Shown: piece after piece, positions 20,200-33,231 of the stretch
Layout of the letters: every line of letters begins with the position of its first letter
How positions within the stretch are numbered: position 1 is the first letter of the stretch
NCBI GenBank assembly: GCA_008632985.1
Contig: QPGO01000005.1
Location: forward strand, 703,607 to 767,606
Length of the DNA stretch: 64,000 nt
Source: Psammoneis japonica
Taxonomy: Eukaryota
Direction of reading: 5' to 3'
The notes under the pieces: model-generated
What the model saw: only the letters and a program-made list of their open reading frames with translations
The model's database searches: none
What the model was told of the DNA's origin: nothing
Position numbers and translations under genes: made by a program

Positions 20200-22024
20200 A
20201 TGTCGATGTTGTTGGAAACTACAATTGGAGATGTAGTGATTGACTTGGATATCGAGGGTAGTCCAGAGCTCGCTCGGAATGTTTTGAAACTAGCCAAGGC
20301 TCGCCACTGCACCAACACGCTGACTCACAACATTTTGCCTCAACGACATTGTCAACGCGGAGACCCCAAGGGCAATGGCAGTGGCGGCGGCTGTATCTGT
20401 GGACTGATTGACGCTACAACAAACAAAACGAGCATCGAAGAGAGTAAAAAACGATTTTTGAAAACAAAAGGACGCTTCTTGAGCAAGGAGGAACTGCAAC
20501 AGCGAGGGCGGGTCGTGGCAACTGAAATGAAAACGGGGTGCCGGATGCCATTGGATCTCAGCTCATAATTACGTTGGAACAGGGACCTTTGCAAGCTCTG
20601 GATGGGCTCATGGTGGAATCATCGAACAGTGCTGAACAACAGCAACAGCAATTCTTGTCGTTGGGAACGGCAGCGGAGGATGAAGACGGTGTGCCAGACA
20701 AGCTTCAAGCGGCTCATTGCGATGCCGATGGACGACCGTTTGTGGGTGTGCACATTGTGCGTGCTTTGGTGATTTCTGATGCATTTGATGATCCTCCTGG
20801 AATGGAAGACTTGCTCAAACATCGTGGCGTTGCAATGGAAGATGACAGAGTGACGGCGTCTCCTGAACACATTCGTCCTCCAGAAGAAGTCGCAGAGCAC
20901 CGCATTCAAGCAAATGAAGTGGACGAAGCGGAGGAGGAAGACGAAACTCACGAAAAGGCTGGACAACGAGAAATGGAGATTCACAAACGAGAAGACAAAT
21001 CGCGTGCCATCATTTTGGAAATGTTGGGGGACTTGCCATCTGCCGGTGAGTTTGCACTTTTGCAAGCGTTCGACTTGTGTGTGTTTTTGCTTCTTGTTCT
21101 CTTAGCTGCACTGTGTTTTGCTTTACAGACATCAAGGCTCCCGAGAATGTTTTGTTTGTTTGCAAATTGAATCCAATGACGGATGTTGATCCAGACGTCA
21201 AGGCTGAAATCATTCGAGACAATGAAGCTGGCGCGTCTCTCCAGTGTGCTTTTGTCTAGTTTGCCGACAAGCAGAAGTGTGTGGAGGCACACTTTAAAAT
21301 GAAGAGTGCACTTGTCGATGACCAGAGCATCAAGGTGGACTTTTCACAGAGTGCAGCAAAAGTGTGGAACAAGCATGTGCAGCGAATGAGAGCACCGGGA
21401 GGACCACAAAAGTCTCCCAAACGGAATCGACAGCAAGGTGGCAATGGTCAAAGGAGACACAACAGTCAGTCGGGACATCAGCAGCAACGCCCACCACAGC
21501 GTCGTAACGATTGTCGCAACGGAGACAGAGAAGTGCGCAGATCGCCACCGGGAGACGCAAGGGATGGTCGTCATGTGCGACAGATGCAGAGACCGTGGTG
21601 ATCACGGACGCGACAGGCCGGCATCAGGTGGGAATCGACACCACGATGATCATCAAAGAGACGGCTCACCGCATTCACACAGGCAACACAACAATGACGA
21701 TGACCACTGCAATTGACAGCGCAGACTTGACAAAGAGGATCATTCAATGCAAAGAAGCTGTTCCCATTCCTTCGACAGATGCTCACCCGGCCAGTCGCAG
21801 CAGTGAGAGTGATCTTAGTCGCAGCCCCAAACATCGGAGGAAGAAACATCACAAGAAACGCCACAGAGATCGCCATCGACACAGACACCGTGATGATGGA
21901 GGTGACGATCGTCACAGTCGGTGCAGACACCACCATGATTGAGAGGATGAAGCACCGTCACGACAAGAAGCACAAGAGGAAAAGGAAACGCCACAGCAGG
22001 ACTCGCAGTGTCAATGAAAGCTAG
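20200..22024 (+). pseudogene. PPIL4: Cyclophilin-RRM protein PPIL4/CYP59, frameshifted and TpA-depleted
   Basis: 'MSMLLETTIGDVVIDL', '[29 protein letters not shown]' (retained intron about 21046-21128), 'EAHFKMKSALVDDQSIKVDFSQS', RS/K-rich tail. Frameshifts, a stop and an RRM deletion. Confidence 0.88.
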
Positions 22025-22029
22025 AGTGA

Positions 22030-23640
22030 TTAAATCTTAGGTTTGTGTTGGCATCAGCAAGGTCGGAGCTCAGCTCCCCCACCCATTGCGCTCTTGCATC
22101 ACTTGTGACTGTTCTTGCGTGTCGAAAATCAAAGTGAGGGTGTCCTTGCGCAATGGCGATTGAATGGAAACCAGGCACGTCTTGTTCTTCAGACAACATG
22201 TGTGCACACTGAGAACAGTCATTTGCTCCAGCATTCTCTTGTTCACAGCCGGCCTCTTTGTTGTTTCTGTCGCACTGAGTGATGCAGCTGCTTGCCCAAA
22301 GAGCGACACACCCGACATGGCCGAAGCGACATCAATGTGAAGTCGTGCAAACAACCCAGTGCCAAAACAGTCCAGCACATGTCATCACAAGCCTCAGGGA
22401 ACAGCCCCACCGCAACGAATGTCCCAGCGTGGGCCCCAGGCAAGGAAGCATGCAACGACATTGAAAGCACTGCGACCGTCATCGCAGTCCATGGATGTGC
22501 ACACGGAACAACCAACACGCAAGCATGGATTGCTGCACTGTGCTTTCAGTCTTTCTGCTTCTCTTTTGCAAACGTTCAAAGTGGTGTTTCGAATGTTTGG
22601 AACACTCCAATGCCAAAATTTGACAGAGATCGGTCGCGCAGGATGGACGCGTTCCAGGTCCAGGTGGGACCTCGCACCACTGAACTGTGACATCGACAGT
22701 TTTTTGAGTCTCGTCGTATGTCGCGCACGTAGATTTCTACGTGATTTTTTCGACATTTTGTGTCATTTTACGGTGCACTTGTTGAGCGATCCGTCCAACA
22801 ACTTTTGACATTTTTTGTTACAGCGCGATTCTATGATGTCTCTAGAATCGCGTAGGGCAGGCGAAGTTGCAAAAACGTCGAGTGGCAAGAGGCATAATTG
22901 CACCACAAACTTGGGCGTTTATTTGATGTTGAAGATAAATGCATCCATTAATTAAATTCTTGTACTGCGGAGCTCGCACGCAGAATTCTACGGGCCCAAT
23001 GTCACACGGAGTCCCACCTGGGGCTGGAACGCGTCGATGACATTGCCTCAAGAGCACCATCAAAAGATGGAGCTCAAGCTTTTGCGCATCTTCAGAGTGA
23101 ACTGTCACTCAAAAAAAAGCAAAAGGGGGGATGCACTGCGGAGACAACAAGAAAACTTGCGAGTCAACCGCGTGCTGAGCCAACACTCCCTGTGAGTGAA
23201 GACTTGCCGCACCATGTCACTGATGTGACGGAAAACCCCAAACCCCGCATTCCGTCAATGGCATGATCTGCTTGGCGAGCTTTTGCTGCTTTGCAGACGA
23301 ACGCTGCTGTCTGTTTCAACAGCTGTGACCTGACGGGTCAAGCGAACAGGCAACTTCCTGCGGTCAAAGACACAGGAGTGGCATGGACTCCAGGCCGGAG
23401 ACACGCGTTCGATTTGCCCCGACCTCCGGACTCAACTGGCAACACCTGCGCCACCTGGAGACAACACACCATCAAGCAAAATGAGTTGTGGAATGCCAAA
23501 CGAGAGCGAGTGCTCAATCCAGGGGAAGGGCGAGCCATCCTTGGCGATTGCGGCATTCAAGCTTGGCGAACAACAAACACATCGTGCGAGACGACGAGTT
23601 GTGATTGAAAGCGTGAAAGAATTTCCGAGAGATTTTGCAT
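22030..23640. other. Largely TpA-depleted degenerate segment (membrane-protein-like remnant at 22070-22560 on -, then hairpin-containing TE-like DNA)
   Basis: TA is nearly absent in 22045-22710 and 23000-23645. Hairpins at about 22726-22743 and 22824-22852. No family recognised. Confidence 0.45.
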
Positions 23641-23990
23641 GGCCGTTGCTAAATTTCTCAATCACTGTCATTTTTGTGTGTGTTTGTAAATTAATGCCAT
23701 GAATTCGCATGTAGAAGAATCGTAGGAAATCAGTGCTTTCATTAACATTACCAATTCCTACGTACGCGTTACGGCAACCGTCGAAAACGCAAAAAAAAAA
23801 AAACTGCCGTGTGCTCTGATGTTATTCGTTGCTGCGCGTCGCGCGCCGCGCGCTCTCAACGCTCGCGGTCTTTTTGGCATGTTTTATTTGGCGGAATAAG
23901 CTTCCGTCCTCCTTCCTCCTTCTGCTGTTCCCCTCCGTTCTCAATAGGCTCTTTAACTCTGTACTTCGTTTATAAAAGTGAGAATCGACA

Positions 23991-25778
23991 ATGACTGAAC
24001 ATCCTTACGGAACGACGTTGCTCAGCCGAAAGAAACCCGAGAATTTGAAGCTTTGGGGTCCAAATGGCGTCGGTTACATCGATGTGGCTTCAACTGTATG
24101 CACAAGCGACGGTCAGTGTCCGTTTTACGAGTACAAGAAGGACGCGACACACGAAGGAGCTCTGCAAACGCCGATTCACCTGCTGATTGCTTCGTTTCGA
24201 GATCAGCTTTGCCCTCGTACCCTTCACAATGCCTTTAGCCATGCGGAGAATCCCAAGCGTATATTTATTCGGGTCATTGAGCAAACCAAACCCGACAGCG
24301 ATCTGGTCGACGACGCTGGCTGCTTCCAACGGTACTGTGCGGAATTCAACACGAATTGTAAGGAGTATGAGAATCAAGTCAGAACAGTTCATGTACGTCT
24401 ATAATGGTGTCTTGACTTATCTCTTATCTATGCTGAGTGCATGACTTACTCAATATCTCTTTGGTGATACGCCATACCCAGCTTGATGCTTCAAAAGCAA
24501 AAGGTCCAACCGATGCTAGAAGCAAGTTGAGTGCCATGATAAATTGGGATTTTGTACACCGCTTCGAGCCTTCCGAGCTGGACTTTCACCCAGTTCAACT
24601 TGAAGATTTTTGCATGCAAACAGACTCGCATATGGATTTCTCAGATAACTACGACACGGAGTTAATATACATGCACCACAGGACAGAAAACGATTACGCA
24701 GTTCTTTCAACTTATGTTGCTGATATTAGCCAGAACAATCAAGATATACGGGTAACTCCCAACCTGTGCAGTAAGTGCGCCAAGTGTCTCCCTCTTTACC
24801 TTTGTGCATACCATGCAAGCACATTGCCTAACCATACCGCTTTCTTGTTTCTATCGTTTCAGTGGTCGAGTTCACTACCACTATTCGCAACTGGGGAACG
24901 AAAGAGTGTCGGAACTTGGTGAAGCCAAAGCTCACGAATGCCATGTGGGGAGCAGGCTTATCGTTTCATCGATGCCATGCTGAGCTTAACGTTCCAGTAG
25001 ATCCGTATCTAGATAAAGTATTTGATGGAGAAGAGGGTAGTCGTGGGATCCGATTCTTTACTCATGGATACGACGTTTATACACCGGATCGCGTTTTGGT
25101 GAGTTTGGCGAGGCGTTAGCAACGCAATATTACCAAGGTTGCGTACCTTGGACACTCTCTTGCTCATTCCACTTTCGTTTTGTGCTCTGACAGGTTACTC
25201 ATGACTATAAGAAGCACCAGTCGAACCCAGTAGTTCACTCCTGGGGTGGAAACAGACTCCGCGGAGGACAGAAAGGCGAAATCCGTGATAGTTGGAAGTT
25301 TACGAAAGCAATCGAAATGGAAAGACCCAAACTCAACACGCTTGGTGTGAAACGAGTCAACATGCTGTTAGACATTGGTCCGCAGGACTACAGTGCCGAG
25401 TCGCTCAAAGAAGAGCTCGATAATATTAGGTTTGGGCGATTCGGGCTTGGCAAGAAGCGATCCCTCGAGCAAGTTGCCAAGTTCACTGGCATTGATCTCC
25501 GTGGTAGAAAAATGGTTGAGAACAAATGCGGAAATCTTGAGTGGGTTCCTTTTGAAAAGAGTGACAATTATGGCGTTGAAGAAATCCTCTCTAGAGGGCT
25601 TACTGGTGGCAGTGTCGCACCAGAAGACGTTCCAGATGTGCGTGGAGTGGCGCCATCAACAAAGGGGCAAATCCAGCAGTGGAATTTGGTGGTCGGCATT
25701 ATTTTGCTGGGCCTAGTAGGGCTGAAGCTTTTCAGCCGCCGCCTCGACGCGAGAAAGGGGCAGAGGCACAAGAACTAA
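23991..25778 (+). CDS. GT60/Gnt1-like (Skp1-hydroxyproline) N-acetylglucosaminyltransferase family protein; 3 introns
   Basis: 'IASFRD', 'AKGPTDAR', 'MQTDSHMDF', 'WGAGLSF', 'VPVDPYL..VFDGEE'. GT-AG introns at about 24393-24481, 24770-24862 and 25100-25193. C-terminal TM helix; N-terminus uncertain. Confidence 0.85.
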
Positions 25779-26053
25779 GACACTAGAAGCACGAGCAAAT
25801 GGCTTCCTCAACGGATGCGGCATGTATGTGAAATTAATCGTAGGCTTCCAGTGATTAGCTAACGATGAGTCCCCCACAAGATGAGACGATAGTCTACTTG
25901 ACAGCGTCCAATGCTAGTGACAATCTTGATCCACCATCTCCCTCGCCTGTCTTTCGCTACCTGGTGCTTCATTTACCACTAAGAAAAGTAAGAGGGCTTT
26001 TATTGACAGCCCAGAAAACCTCTATTGTTGCTTTCCGCGGTCTCGCCCAATAG

Positions 26054-29000
26054 CTAATGTTGTTCAATGCTTTCTTGGAAGGCACATGCCATCACGTCTG
26101 CAACAATCCATGGAAAGCTAAACAGAGCCACAGGTTTGTTCTTGATGGCCCGAGAGTGGCTACCGGCGCCCATTTCGGGATGATAAGTGACAACGTAATA
26201 GGCGGCGCTGAGCATGCGGGCCCACTTCTTCAACTTGCATACGTGTGGCGTTGAAAGCCTGCCATCGGCACTGAATTCTGCTCTGTCACCTCCAGTTATG
26301 CTTTTCGTTGTAACAGCCATTTCGATCTGACCGATTAGGTCTTCCTCTAGCTCCTTCTGAATGTCCTCACCGTCGACGCAGCGTACAGAGTCAATATGAT
26401 CAGCCTTTTCTAAAACGCTACGAAAAAAGTTCTGTCGGAATTCCATTCGCAACTCACGGGTTTGGCGCTTGACTTCTTCACAAAACTTGTAGCGTCCCCG
26501 TTTATGCAGTCTGTGATATTTTAGAATGCATCCGGTGAGGAGCTCTCCCTCGCTATGAAGTTTGTAGCGGTTCATCAAGGCTATCAATCTATCTTCGTAG
26601 CCATAACGATGCTCGATAGCAATCGACAACAAGGCCGATTGGTCGTTGCCAATGTCGAATCCGAGGATCAATGGAATGTCGGGCATGTATATTCGTGAAA
26701 GAAGCTTGTTGTAGTCTTCTTCTTGACGAGTCATACAAGTTATTTGCCCATGTCTGTCGTACCTTCGACCGGCTAGAGCAATGCACTTTTCCCCAGACTC
26801 CTTATCTTTCCGAAGCTGGTTTGTGATTTCATCGTACAGCTTACCAACTACACTGTCACAGTGATATGACATTGTGTCGGCTCGTTCTCGCCAGTGAGCC
26901 CGTGGGGCGTCTTTCGGAATCTTCACTGTGTCTGGAACTTCAGCGGGGATACCGCTTTTGGGAAAATCCACAGCAATGGAGTGTAATTCGGCAAGGCGTA
27001 AACACTCCTGACAATCCGCACCCTTCTTTGCGGCGTGGTCAAGCCATAGCATGGAAATGCGACCCAAGTTATCAGCCTTGGCGTGGTTGAGAAAATGCTC
27101 AATTAGATGACTGTCTTCGATCTTATCCACTTCGGGGGCCTCACCTTGTGCATCAAAGTTGTGTGGTTTGCGGTTTACCTCTTGAAGAAGTTGAGAGCAG
27201 TAGTTTACTTTTTTGCTGGTCAAAGACAACAATGTGCCGCCCGAAGCCCGCCATTCCTTCTCTGACACCTTCTTACAGTTGTTCCACTTGTTCAGAAAGA
27301 GAGATTCATCCCAGCAAACGGCAAATTGGTCACCATCCAAGTCACTGCCACTCATTTTGTCTGCTTCAGGTCGCAGGCCACGCTGCGAAAATAATATCAT
27401 ATTTCGGTGGCTATGCAGCTCCGGGATGTCAATAGCCAACAACATTCGGACATCTCCGGGATGCATAACAGGGTGTTTTGTAACCATTAAAGGCCCCGTT
27501 AGAATCTGGAAGGGTTCGTCTTGGCAAGTCGGATCTTTTTCTGGAGAAGCTCCCAAAGGTCGCAGCTGGACAAAAACACAGCCCTCGGGAATCAATATTG
27601 TTTCATCGAGGCCACCCATTAGCACTGCACCTTTGTCGACAAATATCCTGCTCTTCTTTCGAAGCTGCATCAGATGGTGGCTTCGAATTGCGTGAGCACA
27701 TGAAAATAAGAAAGGTTCTTGATGAGGAGAAAGACCGCAAGAGATCATGTGTATAAGCATCGAGGTCATGCTACTGTCGGGACCGCTGAGACGTGGGATC
27801 ATCCTTGAAGCCTTCTCTCCACACATACTAGCATTTCATTCAGATCGTCTAGCATTCGTTGCTGCATCCGAAGGAAGGTTATATCGGGCACGTCATGGAC
27901 ACCGAAGAACATGACGATTTAAATAGTAAGGCACGTGGCTTCCGACGGAGATCACTTCCACGTGCCTGTATGGCGCCTTAAATTTCACCATACTCGGCCG
28001 AAAGAGAATCTTGCTGTTGCGGAGGTAGAGGGAGGGATAACGACGCCGCAATGCTTTGAGATTCCATGCTGTTAGTGTACCTTTAGCTCCACCGCATCGT
28101 ATCTGAATAATTGAGACGACACTGGTATTCTTCGGTGCAAAAGGAACACTTCTCAGCAGCGTTCGCAACATCGTTTCACAAATGATACCTGTTCCGTCGG
28201 AATGGCACATTTCCTTCCCGTCAGAAGCGGTGCACAAGATGTCGGGTAGTGCGTCGCACACCCGGAGTCGCGAGGATGAATGAGAATTGATGGAGGCGTC
28301 AGTGTCAACATGGGGTGCTTGGACCGTTGTTGAGAAACATTGGCCCATCCGAGCAGCATATTTTGACGGAGTTTTGCACATTGTGAAGTCGCCCATCCAG
28401 CGTCTAACCTCATCTATTCCACTTCCATTCGGACTGCTAACCATCCACAGCGAAAGCTCCTTCAGTTGACTGGAAGAATAAGACAGAAAGCGATAATGCA
28501 TGCCATTGATTTCGAAACCACCAAGAATAATAGATGAAATTCTGCTGCAAACCCATCTCGATAGCTCATCGTTGTACAACCTGTCTCCATTTTCCTCTCC
28601 GATCGATACACGTAAGAAACTAAGTTGTGAATAGCCTTTGACATTAACAAACTCACGCAGGACTCGGTTACTCATTTCTATCCCAAAGCCACACGCAACG
28701 ACACGAGTCGGCGTTACAAGGGCGCGTGGCACCTCCATGCAGTAAGGTGGAACTTGAGCTGACTTATTTTCATCATCGACGTCTTCCTCTTCTTCTAACG
28801 GCAGTATCAACAAGTCAAGCACACCAGCGGGATGAAGAGTATGCCCCTGCATTCCCAGCATTGACGTCAAAGCCTGATAATCGCCAATTTCGATAGCGTG
28901 AGCAGGACATCGTATTGAATCCGTCGTGAATCACCACAAGTACAATTTACTCACCCGACGACCATGTTCGGGATTTGATCGATTGAGAATGTCACACATA

Positions 29001-30347
29001 CTGTAATCTACATTATCTCGGGTCACCCTGTCACTCAATACGGAGTACCAGCATAGTTTACCAGTATCAAGAAGAGTCTGCAAAAGAAAGCCTGCGTGGC
29101 GGTTGTTCACTGTTAGATAACAATTGAAATCAACGAGAATTCCGCACAGGCTCCTTACCGGATTTCTTGTCATGGATACTCTTTATTTCCGCTTCGAGCA
29201 TGCCTTTACCACTACCAATCGACATGAAGTTGGCTTGTTCTGCGTTTAGTGAAGAGACTAGACCGTGCCGCAGTATTCCGAAGTTTCTCAAGCGAGTGAC
29301 AACTTTGTCGTTTCCCAAAAAGGCCTCGCTTTGAGATCTGGTCAGCCGCAGCTGATAACTGAAGCAACTACCGAAAACATGACCGCTGACTGTTGGTATG
29401 CTAGTAGCACGCTCGACTATCTCGTGGTCATGGTCAAGCATACGCAAGATAGATTGGAATCTTCTATGAATCCTCGGAGGCTCACTCAATCGAAACACCA
29501 GCGAATAGAACGAATCAACCTCGGATGAATGGCACAATTCAACAAAGCCTTGGAGACTCTTGAACCGAAAAGAAACAAAGAAGTATTCAGAGCCTGAAAG
29601 TGCTTGTTCGACGGATTTCTGCTCGGGGAAAAGTGCTAGCCGCGCCTCCCTCATTTTCATATCAAGCCTGAAAGTGCCACTGATGGGAATCACTTCTTCT
29701 TCGAGAAATGTGTTTCCATGTGGAGATGGTGAACTCGAAGAATAAGAATCCGAATCCGAATCCGGCAAAATGGGACTGATTTCGGATTCTTCAGGAAACC
29801 AGTGACCCATGGAGAAGGCACAAAAATTCACTGATATATGCGTATCTGGCATGCTATCTTCGAGAACACCCTGATATGCTTGCGCTGGTTGTACACGAAG
29901 AAACCCTTTGTAGCCAACGTTTGGCTCCATAATCCGCACGCAGTCTCTATCCTCGCGAGCCTTGTGCAATACCTTCCCGCTGAATATCCTTTCCGCGTGG
30001 ACCTTACTATAAAAGCGAACTCGAGCTGGCGGGTGCCTACTTTTCTTTCCTTTCCTCCACTTTGAAAATTCGGCTCGATCACATGCGTCTACAGGACCGT
30101 AGGTCGAGGCGAAAAATGCTTTCAGAAGCTGGAGGTTGCGGTCCTGATAGAGGTCTTTTACTTGAGTCACAAACACAGTTCGGCTAAGAATTTCTCTCTC
30201 TGCAGTAGCAATCTTGGCAACATATTCAGACTGACTTTCTTTGTAGCTCTGGTATTTGAGGCTATCGTCAAGCTCTCTCTGCAAATTCTGCTCTTGGAAG
30301 CTTGCCGCTGCCTGGGCCGCACGAGATCTTCGTTTCCTTTTTCCCAT
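26054..30347 (-). CDS. Eukaryotic RNA-dependent RNA polymerase (RDR, RNA silencing); 2 introns; two frameshifts near 27.8-27.9 kb
   Basis: Catalytic 'SGSDLDGD', 'TKHPVMHPGDVR', 'KYAARMGQCFS', 'SDGTG', 'QIRCGGAKG', 'AVDFPKSG'. Introns 29092-29158 and 28874-28954. Confidence 0.92.
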
Positions 30348-31204
30348 CGCTAAGAAAAAAGTGAAAGGCTTGTTTCTCTCGCCATAAGTTACCGGAACAT
30401 CTTGCCGTATGTTGAACTAGGAGCCGGTTGCACGAAAACTTGGATCTATCTGAGCCGCTCTTCAACTTGGGAACCAATGTATCATACTTTCCCGCCCTTT
30501 GCTTCAGCCCGCTCTTCGCGTGTAATGACCGCATACGGAGAGGTGAGTGCATTGCGCGTTTGCATGGTTCGACTAGTCGAAACGTCCCGTCAGGAATAGA
30601 CATGATAGTGCTTTGGAAACGAAAAGAGTTCATTCTTCTCAAAGCAGTTGCATGTTGCACTTCTTGCTGGCGGCCTGAACGGGTCACCAGGCACACCCTT
30701 GCAATTGCACTGCTGTTGTTGGCGTCTTCCCTCTTCCTGGGGCCTAATCACCGAGCATCGTGAAGAGGTTCTCGTGGCAAGACCTTTCCCATACTTCACA
30801 GCTACTCAGCACTCCTCTACCTCGTTCCTCTCGTACTCGTCACTTTCAACTTCATTCTTTCATTCTCCCTGCCCCGCCCTGCCCTCCGCATTTTGGATTT
30901 TGTGAAGGCGCAAAAGATACCGGTAGAGCGCGAAGTACTGTACTGTATCAATTCCAAAATGAGCAAGACGTCACGCTGATGTCATCATTACGGCTGCATG
31001 GATAATGTGATGCGGCGTGGTCCTACTAGACTATTGTAAGGTTACTTTATGTATCCGCTAATTCAGACTTGCTGCAGGATCATTCGACTAAAAACTATTG
31101 TGACGATGGACTAGTTGTGATCGCGAGACATGCAAATGTCCGGCTTTGGCTTGAAGCTATCTCACTTGAAAACCCTCGCCATGTGGGCATCGATACAGTA
31201 TCTT

Positions 31205-31879
31205 CTATGCCATGTTCTCCCAGATCGTAGTACTCAGTCTCGATTTTCTCGTTACATTGTCTTCCAAGGTGATATCACAATTCAAGCTCTCTCCAAGCTT
31301 TTCCAACTCTTTTCGGATCTTCTCCGAATCAAAGCCACTTGCCAACGGGTATGCTGCAGTGGCGATTCCATCAATGTTAAACAACGTAGTCCCACCATAA
31401 GGTGCCGTCTCTTCTTGTGTTTCCATTGTATCAATAGAAAGCCCTCGACTGGCAAGAACTGACGTGACGGCGTTGACAAGACCTGGGTGGTCTGCACCAG
31501 ATAGACAGAATCGACCAGAGTAACCAACTCTTGGCGATGCAGCAGCCGCAACTTTGCTGTTCTCCGAGGACTCAACATATTGAGTCTTCATTCCCGAGAG
31601 ACCTTTTAGTGAAGACTTGAGAGCATCGAGTTGACTTGATGGAACAGACGCCACCATGGTGAGCGAGAAGCTAGATCCGAGCTTGGTGGCCTGCGATTCT
31701 CCGACGCTGCCGTTCGCGTCGGTCACAAGCTTTGTCATTTCCGACACAATACCGAGACGATCTTCCCCGAGAGCATTGATAACCAGGTACTTCTTCTCAG
31801 CTGTACTAAAGGATGCTTTGAACGTACTCGTGGATCGTGCGAGTCGAGAAAGCGCAAGAGACGGGGACATCATCTTCAT
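31205..31879 (-). CDS. Tandem ACT-domain protein (GcvR-like) with probable mitochondrial presequence
   Basis: 'LVINALGEDRLGIVS' and 'LSGADHPGLV' ACT motifs; Ser/Arg-rich N-terminus. Confidence 0.8.
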   Translation of the reverse strand: MKMMSPSLALSRLARSTSTFKASFSTAEKKYLVINALGEDRLGIVSEMTKLVTDANGSVGESQATKLGSSFSLTMVASVPSSQLDALKSSLKGLSGMKTQYVESSENSKVAAAASPRVGYSGRFCLSGADHPGLVNAVTSVLASRGLSIDTMETQEETAPYGGTTLFNIDGIATAAYPLASGFDSEKIRKELEKLGESLNCDITLEDNVTRKSRLSTTIWENMA

Positions 31880-32238
31880 GGTGCGATCACGAAAGAAAAA
31901 TGAGTGTCGAAGGGGATGAAATTGCGTAAGACATACGTACGCTTGGTACTGTGACGCAAGCTACGTGGTTTCTACAGCAAGTGTTGTTGTCATCATGACG
32001 TGGCAAACAGGATTTGCCTCAAGTTCACTAAATACAGCTGACGCGGATAATTCGGGTGATGTCATCTCAAATTTCTCGTACGTACGTCGGCCGCAAGGTC
32101 TTCCCGCCATTTTCTGACTTACCGGTATTCAGTTTCTGGAGTTCTAATCGATGCTGTTGTTGCAGTGTTGTTGTTCTTTCCGTGCTGCTTCACACCTTCT
32201 TCCTATTTCTTGTTTTCGTTGCAGACAGTGTTGCTACC

Positions 32239-33009
32239 ATGAGCTTTTCTATTACCTTGAAAGATGTTTTAGAGAGGACAGACCCCAACCTTGAAGTGCT
32301 AGATTTGAACCGACAACGCATCGGCGACGATGGTGTCAAGTTGTTGTGCACCGTTCTTCCGTCTCTTGTTCGTCTAAAGAAACTTCTGCTTGGTTGGAAC
32401 GACATTGGACCTGCAGGAATAAAGACTCTCTGTGACGTATTACAAGACTGCACGTCTGTGACGTACCTCATGCTTCGAGGAAATCGAATTGGAAACGAAG
32501 GAGGCACCCATGTCGGAAGACTTCTGAAAAGTAACCAATGCCTACGAGAATTGTATCTCTCGTGGAATTCAATCGGAAGTGAGGGAGCCAAAGCGATCGC
32601 CAATAGCCTTTCCCATAACAGCAGTGTGTATTACGTCTCTCTGAGTGACAATGGGATTGGAAATGATGGAGCACGTGCGATTGGAAAGATGCTAAAAAAG
32701 AATACGACGCTCAAGACGTTTTACTTGTTGGGCACGTTGTACGGTATTCGTGGCAAAAATGCTCTCATACATGGCATCAAGCAAAACACCACCTTGGAAA
32801 GCTACTTGTTGGATGGGATTGATCCGGGCTTGAAAATGGAAATTGATTGCTATCGAAAATACAAGCAACGCGGTTGCGATCTGCTACGTGATGCTTCGCT
32901 GCCGGATTCGATATGGGCGTACATGTTGGCACAAGTACAAAACAAACCGGATTTGCTGTTTCATTTCATCAGGGCAAAGCCGGATATAATCAAGAGTCGA
33001 ACTTCATAA
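32239..33009 (+). CDS. RNI-like leucine-rich repeat protein
   Basis: 28-aa repeats of the type LxLxxNxIGxxG. Confidence 0.85.
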   Translation: MSFSITLKDVLERTDPNLEVLDLNRQRIGDDGVKLLCTVLPSLVRLKKLLLGWNDIGPAGIKTLCDVLQDCTSVTYLMLRGNRIGNEGGTHVGRLLKSNQCLRELYLSWNSIGSEGAKAIANSLSHNSSVYYVSLSDNGIGNDGARAIGKMLKKNTTLKTFYLLGTLYGIRGKNALIHGIKQNTTLESYLLDGIDPGLKMEIDCYRKYKQRGCDLLRDASLPDSIWAYMLAQVQNKPDLLFHFIRAKPDIIKSRTS

Positions 33010-33231
33010 AACTCAAACGTGACCGGCCTCGAATCACATCAACGTGCAATGATTTTAAATGTGCCGTCGTGAGGGAATCAGCCGGCTCGATTCTTCACCA
33101 CCCACTGTACAATGCATCTATAAAAAAAATTAAACCATCACTGAGTGGATAACTGTATGCCTAATGAAATGTGACGTGCACACTACCGTTGCTGTTCCCG
33201 TTCGTTGTTGTTGTTCTGTTGTTGCCATTGT

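Noticed and set aside
22855..23808. GGCAG...A-run-CTGCC as ends of a second 8-bp-TSD element
   Set aside because: Flanks do not form a TSD.
30400..31000. Small ORFs upstream of the RdRP
   Set aside because: No motif or splice support.
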